Source of the DNA: Eledone cirrhosa | Taxonomy: Eukaryota | NCBI GenBank assembly: GCA_964016885.1 | Contig: OZ024743.1 | Location: forward strand, 157,480,001 to 157,544,000 | Direction: 5' to 3' | Length of the DNA stretch: 64,000 nucleotides | In this document: one piece after another, positions 27,539 through 40,126 of the stretch | How positions within the stretch are numbered: position 1 is the first letter of the stretch | How the letters are laid out: each line of letters begins with the position of its first letter | Made by a program: the position numbers and the translations under genes | Notes under the pieces: generated by a model | The model's database searches: none | What the model was told of the DNA's origin: nothing | The model's input: only the letters and a program-made list of their open reading frames with translations

Positions 27539-30500
27539 ATGGATGTGTTAAGAGTAGGATGTTTGAATGCACGTGGCCTGGGCTCAACTTCGAAGCAAGC
27601 AAAGCTTCTAAATGACCTCAGGTCACGTGGTATAAATGTAATGAATATCTGTGAGACTCGGATCAGCGTCGTGCGGCAGCTGGCCCCTACCTTCGATGAC
27701 TTTGAGGTGCACGCATCTCTCTGTCAACCTGGAGGTGGGGTGGGGTTTTCGTACTGCTGGAAAAACACATGGGTCTCGCCGTACAGGTTGTTCACTCGGA
27801 CCCGGAAGGTCCTTTGTTGGTGCTAGATGTTGGCAGTAGTGGAGGTGCGGCCTTGAGACTGGTCGCCGTCTACTCCCCTTTCGGAGCTCAACGACCCGAC
27901 TACTTCCAGCGTCTGGAGACTTTTCTGGGAACGTAACGTTCCCTGCTTCTAGCGGGGGACTGGAATGACATCCTAGATGCACGTTGGGACTATGCAGGAG
28001 CATGTCCTAATAGAGGGGGTGTAACAGCCTCAAGGGGTTACTCGACCGTTTTAACTTGGTCGATAGATATCGACTAGATTTTCCAACTGTGCCAACCTGG
28101 ACTTGGACGAGCCACAGTGGTCAATCTAGATCATACTTAGATAGATTCTTAGTTAGCAGTAAGGATAGGGACATATTAAGCTGTCCAGAAATGCTCACGG
28201 TTGGCTATACATATCACAAATTAGTGACCTGCGTAGTCAACCTCGAGAGAACACATAGACAGGGTCCCGGTTACTGGAAACTTAATTTGTCTTTACCGGC
28301 AAAAGAGGCTTACAGAGACCGGATTAGCAGATTAGTTAAGGAGAGGTTGACGGGTGCAATCGTCAACAACCGATGGTGGGAATCTCTCAAAAGAGAGATT
28401 AGAATAGAATCAATAAGTTATAGCAAGATGTTAGCTGCCGATAGGAATAGGAACGAGAAAGAATTAACAGGTAAATTAGAAGAGGCAATCAAGAGCGAAG
28501 ATGTGGCCAGAGTGCTGGCATGGAGGACGGCCTTGTGCCAGTTTTTCGATGCAAAGCACGAAGGCTGCGTCATTCAAAGTAAAATACGTGCTCTAGGTAA
28601 TGAGGGGGCCAAAGCCGTTGGCTGGGCCCGCGTGACAGAAGCTAAGAGTGGAAATCGATCCACCATCCGGTCTTTGCAAGACGAGGATGGACGGGTGATC
28701 CGGGAGCCTAAGCAGATGTGCGAGGCCTTTCAAAGGCACTTTGCCCGATTGTTCGGGGGAGGCGAGGGTCCGGGCGGGGACGTGGATTTCGGTCCATACC
28801 TCGACGGCCTGCCGCGTCTTTCGAGCGAAGAGGCAGAGTCCTGCGAGGGACCAATCTCGGCTGATGAGATCGAGGATGCGCTGAGCCAATGCAGCAGACG
28901 CAAATCTCCAGGTCTCGATGGTATACCTTACGAACTTTATTTAACAATGCCGGTCTTCTTCTCCGAACTCCTCGAAGCAGTCTACTGCAATTGGCAGCAG
29001 AACGGGAGAATTCCATGTTCTGTAGCCAAGGGCGTAGTCTCGCTGGTGAGGAAGGACGAGAACAAGGGGGATAGTATAAATAATTTTCGGCCCATAACCC
29101 TGCTAAACACAGAGTTAAAGATTTTGGCCAAGGTGTTAGCAAAGAGGTTGGCGCTTGCCGTGGGTAGCCTGGTGGGAGATGCGCAGACATGTGCTATCCC
29201 ATCCAGGTCCATTTACTACAACCTCCACCTCATGCGATACATCATAGAGAGGGTTGGCAACAAACCCGGCTTCGGGGGGGGGGGGGGGGGGCCCTGATCA
29301 ACTTGGATCAGTCTAAGGCGTTCGATAGGGTCGACCAAGGTTACCTGGATGCGGTGCTAGCGGCGGCTGGGTTCGGTCCTGTTTTCAGAGGCTGGATCAC
29401 TGCCTTACATAGCAACCACATCTGTTATAGGATCAAGGTGAACGGCTTCCTTTCGAAGCCTTTCGAAATCACACGATCCATACGACAGGGGGTGCCCTCT
29501 CTCCTCCCTTCTGTACGTATTGACTCTCAAGCCTTTACTGAGGAAGTTGGAGTTGTTGCAGGGTATCCCCCTGGAACCAGGATTGAGCAAAGAGGTGTCG
29601 GCCTACGCCGATGACGTAACAGTAATGGTATCGACCGACTCGGAGATCGAGGCGATCGGTACCTTACTGGAGGAATACGAAAGGTTGTCAGGAGCGAAAC
29701 TGAACCGAGAAAAATCCATCGGGCTGCAACTCGGAACGTGGAGAGGCAGACCGATGCCTCCCGACGGTGTCGTCGGACATTGGACGGAGGGCCCGGTGAA
29801 ATTGCTTGGGGTCTGGTTTAGACCGGACCTCCAGGTGGAAAAGTACTGGGGCGAGGTTACGAGCAAGGTGTTTGCACTGACCCAGAAATGGGCCAAGTGT
29901 AAGCTGTCCCTGAAAGGTCGGGCGGAGGTGGCGAACAATACATAGCGTCCGTCACCTACTACCGCCTGACTGTCGTGCCTTGCCCTAAGGAAACACTCAC
30001 CACCATCGAACGCATGCTCTTTCAATTTCTTTGGAAGAAGCGCCCTCCTATGGTGAGAAGATCCATCTGCTGCCAACAACCTTCGAAAGAAGGGCTGGGG
30101 ATGCCGTGGTTGATGATGCGTAGGCACGCATTAAGGCTACGGCACCTATAGGTATTCCTCACTGGTCAACCGGTGTGGGCTCCGTTCGTGAGACGAGCCT
30201 TTCCGAGACTCGTCTCGATCACCGAGCTGCAGACCTGGGTCAAGCAAAGATCCGGAAAACTGGGCGACTGGCACACTGAGTGTGCCCAGGCGCTCAGGGC
30301 TCTCTGGCAAGCGGACCCGGCCATCGGTGAAGAATCCACCTCGTCATTCTATAGAGGGCTGGAGGCTAGCAGGGGCGATGACACCCTTGGAGAGTCGCTG
30401 GACATGGAAGAGGACGAACTGGCCAGCCTGTTGGGGTAGGACTTTCGGCCCGGGGCCAATGGACAACTTCCACAAGTCACTGGCCTGGCAGTGCTACTGG

Positions 30501-30620
30501 GGGGCTCTACCCGGAAGAAGGATAAGAATGGAGAGATAGGTGCTTGGCCACAGGCAGTTTTATGAAAGGTGGGTGATAGTGGCGAGAATGGTTCGTGTAA
30601 ATGGGCCTTCTCTGTATACC
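27539..30620 (+). pseudogene. Tx1 ORF2 (APE endonuclease plus RT), disrupted
   Basis: LNARGL, GDWN, SYLDRF, KSPGLDG, FRPITLLN, DQSKAFDRV and YADD motifs. Confidence 0.9.
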
Positions 30621-31737
30621 ATCTTGTAGGTAAAGAAGTGAAGGAGTGGAGAGCACCTTCTCCATGTGCTCCCCGGGCAAAGGATTGCACACTTTTTCGG
30701 GGGGGGGGTGCAACCCCCATCACGTCCCTCCCTTTTGAGGTTGTTTTTGATTATTTTCATTTTATACCCTTTTTACTCGGTTTTATGTAAACTCCCCCTT
30801 TGTATTTGTCCCTTCTTTTTATGCCTTTATGGTAAATAAAGAAATATATCTGTTTACGCTACGAATAAACGACGGGTGCAAAAGTACAGAAATACACGAA
30901 CAACTTTCGGGCCAGCAAAATTTTAACCTGCAAAACTCATGAGTTCGAAATTTCAATATTAAGCTTCCATTTTTCTTCATTTCCATTAAAAGGTCTTTTA
31001 AAACAATATTTTTACTTGAAAACAAGCCTATTTGTATACAGCGTAAAACAAGCAAATATTTTATAAAAAAAGCATTGATCTCGAATAAAGCCCTATGAGA
31101 TTTTCATTTAGAAGCAATGATTTTAAACGACAGACAGATAACGCATTTTTGTTGGTTTTTTTTTTGGTTTTTCATGTCCATCCTATTTCTTTGGTTACGC
31201 TGATGTTTTTCTCTGAGACAGTGCTGCAGTGTTTAAATTTTCGATTTTTGTTAATAGATTACCAGTGCAGTTTTTATCCCCAGCATCCTCTTTTGTTTTA
31301 ACATTCGGGTTATGGTTATGTTTTCTTAACTTCATAAGGAATACTGTTGGTTGTGGGATTATTAATCAAAGTACCACATGAAAGTCTACACTGTAGACTC
31401 TACAGTTTTTAAGCCAAGAAAGGAACTTAACATTGTAACTTTAACACAGCTACTGAGCAGCCTCGAGCAACGCCGGGCTTTACTGCTAGTATTATATAAA
31501 CAGCTTTGTAGTGCGCAATATTCTCTTCACCAGTTATCGATTGAAATATCCCTTTTCCCCAACGATGCAAAGTAGCACTAATACAGCCAGAGAATGTTCG
31601 GGCTATTTGGATCCACCACACTGTAGCACACTGTTCTGATTTCCATTTTTTTTTTTGTCTTTTCCCTATCTACCTATGGAACCCTCCCAACGTGGTTGTT
31701 ACTGCTTTAACCATTGCAATCATTTAACACACGCACG

Positions 31738-32311
<574 letters not shown>

Positions 32312-32959
32312 GTAGGGTGCTCTACACAACGTTTATAAATACAAGTATGGTTAGCAGAGAAAGTGTCAAGCACACAAGACTATGCTAGGAATTTTGTTCA
32401 GTGCTACAAGCGAAAGAGATAGTTTTATGTCTCGAGTTGGTTTAAGATTTTTCAGACAATTCCGTGGGAGTGAACATTCTCTATATATTGACTTGGTGAA
32501 AACAACGGACATGTCTTAGTCTAAGATCTCCTCAATAACTTATATTAAGTTTGATAAGGAAACAGGAAACGTTAGACTGTTGAAGCACTGTTTAAGTAAA
32601 TCAACAAATTGTGTCTCGCTGTTTCAATATGGTGAGTTGATGAAATTATTCCAATCAACCGAAACTCCCTTTTGGAGGGGTACAGTACTTGAGGCAAGCA
32701 AGGGAAAGGTCCTATAGTCATAACTGATCCTAAAGATTTGGGGATTTTATCTATCTATATACTACTAAAACTCTGTAATTGCTCGCTTGCTTGCTTGCTT
32801 GTCTGTAATGTAATACATCCAAAAGGGTGCATAATGGGAAAATACTTTCAAAGGAAGTTGACCCTGAAATGCGAATACAAATGTAATAAAACAAGTTTCG
32901 CATAAAACGGTGCATGGATCCCCGAGATATGGGATTTTTCCGGGTACCTTCATAAACAA

Positions 32960-33028
<69 letters not shown>

Positions 33029-33120
33029 TAGTGGTTGTGAGAGCGTAGATTGAAAGAGAGACATAGACAGAGTGAGAGGAGACACAGAAGAAGAATAGAA
33101 GAGAGTGAGCTAGTGTTATG

Positions 33121-33156
<36 letters not shown>

Positions 33157-33235
33157 CATGACCAGTGTTTCTAGATCACAGACACGCACACACATATATA
33201 TATACACACACACATACATTTATATATATACACAC

Positions 33236-33299
<64 letters not shown>

Positions 33300-33303
<4 letters not shown>

Positions 33304-34130
33304 GCCTTCCAGTTTCATTTCATATCATATTAATGTCTGTGCATATTTTAATTATATAAAAAATATTTCTAAGTGAACATGATTTCAAAAAAATACTTTG
33401 AAGTGAACGTGACCCAATCAATCCTCTCCCGGAAATGGATGGCCAGGCAGTGCATTTATCTCGGTGGATAAGTTTAGCAACCACCTCAGTGTCTTTCTCT
33501 GGCCCGAAGAGCATATTCTTCTTACAGTTGATCTTTCTCTCTAAGTGAAACTTGTCTTCATCAGAGGTACATAGCAGAATCCGAACATTACTCTTGGTTT
33601 CATCAGCTCACTAAGCTTTTATTTAGTGTGTATTCTGTAGGGGTACTTTCTAAAATCCTTTTTGACAAAGTCCTTCTGAAAGTTTCCGTGGAGAGCCACA
33701 AGGATTTGCTTGTCTAACATCGGATGTTTTGGACTGTGTATGATTGATTAGTCGGCCAGTATGAGTAGGACGTTCCTCATACACTGTTTTGAAGATTTTC
33801 CCTGCCCCATGCGTTTCAAACTTCTTCACCAGGTTTTGTATATTAGCTTTAAAAGGAGATTCAAAGAGATTCAAAGAGAGATTTAAAGAGAAATTGCTCT
33901 TGTACCTGCTTGTAAGAGCCACACTTCTAGTGGTGTTTCACAGAGAGAATCCGGTATTATAGATCGCATTGGAGTCTTGTTTTCTTTTCTGACGTTGCAT
34001 CTGCCATGCCTTGAAATTTAGGGTTAGCCGGTTAGAAATTGAATTCACAGAGATGAAAAACGTGCGCGGAGTTAGTTTTAATTTTAGACATCATAGTGAC
34101 AAGGTAAAATTCCAACAGCACGCGAGCCGT
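33300..34130 (-). mobile_element. Tc1/mariner-superfamily transposase remnant (DUF4817-type)
   Basis: NLVKKFETHG, SDEDKFHL...N and KCTAW..IS..GLIG motifs in broken frames. Confidence 0.65.
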
Positions 34131-34361
34131 TTCAATATCAGTTTCAAGGGTGGAATACTTAACATGTTTCTCTCCTAAACACAACGACCTGATTCATACG
34201 CATTATAAGCAGATTCCGCTCTTCTTCAAACATTTGAAGCAGGTCATCGGTTTAAAGATACATTCCTCCCTCTCTCCTCAACTAATCATAGAAGCCGTGG
34301 AAATGGTCATGGTTGCTGTCATTCCATCCTTGATTTAATAGTTATATATATATATATATAT

Positions 34362-34460
<99 letters not shown>

Positions 34461-34559
34461 GAAAGGCACTAGCGAAATGTACAATTACGTTATATCTGTA
34501 TACATAAAGACTAGGTAACCGAGACTGCACCAATGTGTATATAAATATACACATTTTTA

Positions 34560-34820
34560 ATATGTAGGCATATGAAAATATAATGGCTGAAGAAAAAAAC
34601 TCGTGTTTTCCACCTGTGAACAAAAAAATCCGTTTGTCTAGTTTCTTTCTCTCGGCTCTCTTTCTATTTCTTCTGTATTTTACATTCTGTACTCCGATAA
34701 ACCCTAACATGCGAAACGTTAAGACACTTTTTCTGCTATATAAAGTAGTGCACTATATGTCCTTATTTTACTGTAATATTCTACCATGTTCTTTTCTGGT
34801 TGACGTTTCGTTTATATATA
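34560..34820 (+). mobile_element. Degenerate pLTR-like element related to 19312-19524
   Basis: Shares GAAACGTTAAGAC...TTTCTGC; hammerhead 5' core decayed (CCGATAA). Confidence 0.45.
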
Positions 34821-34829
34821 TGAATATAT

Positions 34830-35250
34830 AACCAAAGATTAGTATGGTTCGTTGATTACTCAACGAATACAATTTTACAATATATTAGAAGTACTCAAAA
34901 AACGGTTTTCCTGGAGTTTTTAATATTATTCAAAATGTTAACAAATGAAAAATATTCACATAATCAAAATATATACTTTATTATACATATTTCAGAGGTA
35001 CTCTGTTGTTTAAGTACGTTTTCATCTGACAAAATATTTGATTTGATATATGACATATCGCTACAGTCTTGATTATTCAATTCCAGTACTGGAATTGAAC
35101 AATCAAGACTGTAGCGGTATGTCATATATCAAATCAAATATTTTGTCAGATGAAAACGTACTTAAACAACAGAGTACCTTTGAAATATGTATAATAAAGT
35201 ATATATTTTGATTATGTGAATATTTTTCATTTGTTAACATTTTGAATAAT
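34830..35250 (-). mobile_element. 326-bp palindrome with twin variant hammerheads plus unique tail
   Basis: 163-bp arms 34925-35087/35088-35250 (~3 mismatches); cores CAGATGA...GAAA tatgta TA at 35139-35201 (+) and 34974-35036 (-); TTGAGTAC on - at 34891-34898. Confidence 0.8.
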
Positions 35251-36888
35251 CTACTTATATATATAACCAGCAATTTCTCTGTCTGTCTGTCCGACAGTGG
35301 AAACACGTGCGTAGAGAGAGAGTGAGAGTGAAAGAAAGAGACAGACTACGAGAGGGGGATAGCGGGAGGGAGAGAGGGAGAGAGAGAGTGAATAGACGGT
35401 AAAACACGTGCTACAGAAACATTACCTTCCCCTCTCCACTGACTTTGGTCACTGAGGCCGAGGGAATCGCGCTGAGCGCGTCATAATGACGTAATGCAGA
35501 CAGCCAGACATACAGACAGATATTATAAGGGCGCAACGTTATATCTATGTATCTATCTAAAAAGAAAGACTAAGAATTATATAGAGAGAACGCTAAATCG
35601 CCTAATGCGGTCCCTAGAGCATTGAAAATTTGAAATAATTTTTGCTCAAAACACTCACAGGACCATAAGTATTACATGTCTAAAGTTTGAAAACAATCGG
35701 TTGGATGGTTCTCAAGTTTTAGTGAGCTGACAGACAGACATTCTCTGTTTTAGATATATAGACTAGCAGAAAGCCGCCTACGGGTGGTTTTCTGCTAGTC
35801 TATATATATAAAATTGAGGTTGTCTGTCTGTATGTCTACTAAAACGGTCGGCACACATCTCCTCCTGAACCGTACGTTCAAATAATTTTGGTGAAATTGC
35901 TACACTTATAGCTGAAGGTCCGGTGGAGACATCGGTCAAAACAATTTTCAAATCGACCCACGGCATGTGCTAAAAATAAATTGTAATTTATTGATTTTTC
36001 AGTTCAAATGTATAAATAGCGATGAGACACGAGTTATTTCCCTTTTATTGCGTCATTCTGTCTATCTATTTACGTTACGAATATACGACGCGTGCAAAAG
36101 TACAAAAATATGCGAACAGTTTTCGGACCAGCAAAATTTTAACCTGCAAAATTCATGAGTTCGAAGTTTCAACATTAAGCTTCCATTCTGCTTCATTTCC
36201 ATTAAAAAGTCTTTTAAAACAATATTTTGACTTGAAAACAAGCCTATTTGAATACACCGTAAAACAAGCACGACAGACAGATAACGTTTTTTTTTTTTTA
36301 TCATGTCCATCCAATTTATTTGCTTCAAAATAACTGATAGTTAGGTTACACTGATGTTTTTCTCTGAGACAAGTGTTGTAGTGTTTACATTTTCGATTTT
36401 TGTTAATAGATTACCAGTGCAGTTTTTATCCCCAGCATCCTCTTTTGTTTTAACATTCGGGTTATGGTTATGTTTTCTTAACTTCATAAGGCATACTGTT
36501 GGTTGAGGGAATATTAATCAAAAGTACCACATGAAAGTCAACACTGTAGACTCTACAGTTTTTAAGCCAAGAAAGGAACTTAACATTCTAACTTTAACAC
36601 AGCTACTGAGCAGTCCCGAGCAACGCCGGGCTTTACTGTTAGTCTCTCTCTATATAAAACGGAAGATGTCTATCTGTGTGTGTGTGTATGATTTTTATGC
36701 ATTTCCACATTTATCTACGGATTTTGATGACTTCTTTTCCAATGTGCTCCAAATTTACCAACGATGGTCAACGAGTAATAAACTTTGCCAAAGATTTCCT
36801 GCTTCTATGAAAAAAATCGATAAAACTAAATACATGCTGTAACAGTTAATCCCTCTCTCTACTACCCTCAATTGCAGCTCTCTATATA

Positions 36889-36943
<55 letters not shown>

Positions 36944-37088
36944 TATACATCTAAAGAAAGAAAGCGAAATGTAGAGATAGGTTGTTATATAGAGAGAGGT
37001 ACAAGATAATCAGATAGATAGATAGATAGAGAGAGAGATAAAGGCGACGAACGCTGGTTCACACACACACACAAACACATATATATAT

Positions 37089-37150
<62 letters not shown>

Positions 37151-37376
37151 AGAGACAGAGCGTATGAGAAAAAAGGGAGAGGGGTAGAGAAAGAAAGAAA
37201 GAATGAAAGAAAGAAAGTGAGGAATTTTAACTTTTATTTATTTATCTATTCTTTACACACTGTTCAACTCTCCCCTTTCCTCAACCTAACGTCTCTTTCT
37301 CTCTTTCACACAAGACGTAATGTGACTCTGTGTGTTATATATATGTATGACCGCACACATACACACACAAAAAGAC

Positions 37377-37473
<97 letters not shown>

Positions 37474-38438
37474 ATAAGAACAGATTAAAGTTTAAGCAAA
37501 GAATCGCTGCTTTCAACATTAACGGGATCTTGTGAAACTAAACAATTCAATCTGTGAATGCAGAAGTAAATATTTCGAGAAACGTTGCAACCGAAGGAAA
37601 AAAAGGAAGACGATATTTTGCTTCGTGAAGACCTTCTGTGGTAATGAACGGAAAAAAAGCGAGGATAATACGTCGTTATGTGGACCGTGAAGAACAATTT
37701 CAAGCAAAGACAAGACCAACTTTATTGTATAAATGGAGTCGTTAGACTCATATTCTATTTAAAATAACCGAATGATTTCCAGCCCGGCGTTTAAGAGTGA
37801 TGTAAATAAAATTGTAAACGAAATGACAGAGGTTATTAAAATAGTTATTTCTACTTTTGGCACAAGGCCAGCAATTACACAGTACATTACTGGTACTTTA
37901 TTTTATCGACCCTGTAAGGATGAAAGGCAAAGTTAACCTCGGCGGATTTTAAATTTACCTTAAAATAGTAAAAGTAAATAATGAAAATTTAGGCCAGTAC
38001 ATACGTATGCGCCGACGGACATACACATACATATACATACGCACACACAAATACATACACACACACAAACACACACACACACACACACACACGCGCGGAC
38101 GCGCGTGTGTGTGTGTAAACCTTATGCATTTCTAGAGTATTTTCACCAAACTTAAGACATAGGTTACTTATGTACTCAGGATGGTCATGGACACATTCTG
38201 GAGTTCGCAACTGATTTTCACAAAACCTGGCACATCGGCTACGTTTATTCTACAGATGAATGTGAACTCTCAGAATTGGCACATATTGAGTAGGGGACCC
38301 CTGGGGGCAGGAACCCCCTTTTGGAAAAAGCCGATGATTTTGTAAAAGTATAGTATTCGAAGCAGCACTGAAAATTAGACATAAATGGTATACATAACTG
38401 CTATTTAATACACGAGCAACACCGGGGACCTCTGCTAG
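35251..38438 (+). mobile_element. Tandem of three non-autonomous Helitron-like elements (35251-35798, 35799-36642, 36643-38438)
   Basis: TC starts directly after CTAG/TTAG ends; subterminal hairpins cccgagcaacgccggg and cgagcaacaccgggg; homology to 23311-31489. Confidence 0.7.
37841..37950 (-). mobile_element. Truncated octopus-type SINE
   Basis: Reverse complement of the SINE 3' half. Confidence 0.85.
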
Positions 38439-38442
38439 TATA

Positions 38443-38478
<36 letters not shown>

Positions 38479-38482
<4 letters not shown>

Positions 38483-40126
38483 AACTTGTTTTACATCGTT
38501 GACCTGAAATTATTTGCAAAAGATGAACAATTGCAAGGCCTATTATCCACTGTGAAGCAGTTCAGTGATGACATTAAAATGGAGTTTGGACTAGATAATT
38601 GCGCCAGAGTCACGTTCACCAGAGGATAACTGCTGAAAATTTCAGCATAAAAGAACTTGATCAAGAGAAAACTTACAAATATCTAGGTGTTTGTGAAGGA
38701 GACGGAATCAAGCACTGGACAGTGAGGGAAAGGATAAGGAAGGAATGTTTCCGCAGAGTAAGAGCAATCTTAAGAACGGAATGCAAGGAACAGGATCGAT
38801 TCTATAAACATGCTTGCCATACCAGTAGTAACCTACAGTTGCAACGTCATCAACTGGTCAAGCACAGAGATCCATAGGCTCGATACAAAAATTAGAAAAT
38901 TCTTAACCATGCACAGAATGCATCGCCCTAAGGCAGATACAGATAGAATATATCTCCCTAGGAAATAAGGAGGAGGTCGGTTAATCCAGTTAGATATTGC
39001 GTCGAAAACTGCAACAATTGGATTATCTACATATCTAAGGGAATCACAGGATTGGATGATCAAATTCGTTCTGAAACACGAAAGCATCAAAAGCTCATAC
39101 TCCATTACAAAAGATGCACAAAGATACATTAATTAACTACAAATTCCAGAAGTTCCATTTACTGCTGAAATGAAAAACACAGAAAAACAAAGCAGGTAAA
39201 AGTAACTGCAAAGAAAGAACTGCTACAGAAACTGGCTAAGAAATGGCAAGAAAAGACTCTGTATGAAAAATACCCAGAAAGAGCTAACGATCCTGATGTT
39301 GACAACACTTTCACCCATCTGTGGTTGGCATCCTCTGGACTGAAATCGGAGACTGAAGGACTGATTATATCAGCACAAGATCAGTGATATTTGTAAGTGT
39401 ATGCTAACAAAAAATTACCAAGCCAACATAATAAAATATGGATGCAACCCATTATGCCGTGTATGTAAAAAAACAACCAGATACCATTGATCATATAATT
39501 TCAATCTGCAGTCCTATAGCTCCAACCGAATACCTAAACAGGCATGACAGAGCTGCACAATACATACATTGGATAAGGTGTAAGCATTTTGACCTGCCCC
39601 ATCAAAAGATTTGGTGGGAACATCAACCACCTCCCGTACTTGAAAAACATCACATCTCAATCTTGTGGAACTTTAGCATCCAAACAGACCGAAAAATAGA
39701 TGCAAATAGACCTGATATAATACTGAAGCACTTTAAAAAGAGGGTATGCCTGCTAATTGATATGTCCGTTCCAATAGACAAGAATGTATCTATAAAAAAC
39801 ATTTGAAAAATTTAGCAAGTATAAGGACGTGGAGATAGAAATTGGAAAAATGTGGAAATTGAGAACTAAAACAATACCAGTGGTGGTAGGCGCTCTAGCA
39901 ATGATACCTAAGTGGTCTAATGATTACTCATTGCAAATCCCAGGAAACCAGCGTATAGGAGAAATACAAAAGATAATACTATTGGAAACTGCCCATATAC
40001 TAAGGAAGATTCTGTCAAGATAAGTACATCACAAGTCTAAACACCTAAATATGTATATGTGTGTATGTATGTTCTTTCTTGAACATGGCGGAACTTGTTG
40101 TCTCTTGAGGTCACTGGTTGTGACTT
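38479..40126 (+). mobile_element. 5'-truncated R4/Dong-type RLE LINE
   Basis: YKYLG, CRVC..H..C and RPDII..LIDMSVP motifs; homologous to 52322-54050. Confidence 0.9.

Larger units (their letters stand above)
25368..30846 (+). mobile_element. Near full-length Tx1/L1-clade LINE with 19-bp TSD
   Basis: TSD TATCTATTTACGTTACGAA (25349-25367) vs TATCTGTTTACGCTACGAA (30847-30865); ORF1 plus ORF2; 3' AATAAAGAAA; internal deletion near 30510. Confidence 0.92.
25092..31489 (+). mobile_element. Non-autonomous Helitron (copy B1) interrupted by a Tx1 LINE
   Basis: TC start; flanks are colinear with 35799-36642; 3' end cctcgagcaacgccggg...CTAG. Confidence 0.75.

Noticed and set aside
33545-33570. CTGATGAAG on the minus strand as a hammerhead
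   Set aside because: It encodes the SDE motif of the transposase remnant; no ribozyme stems.
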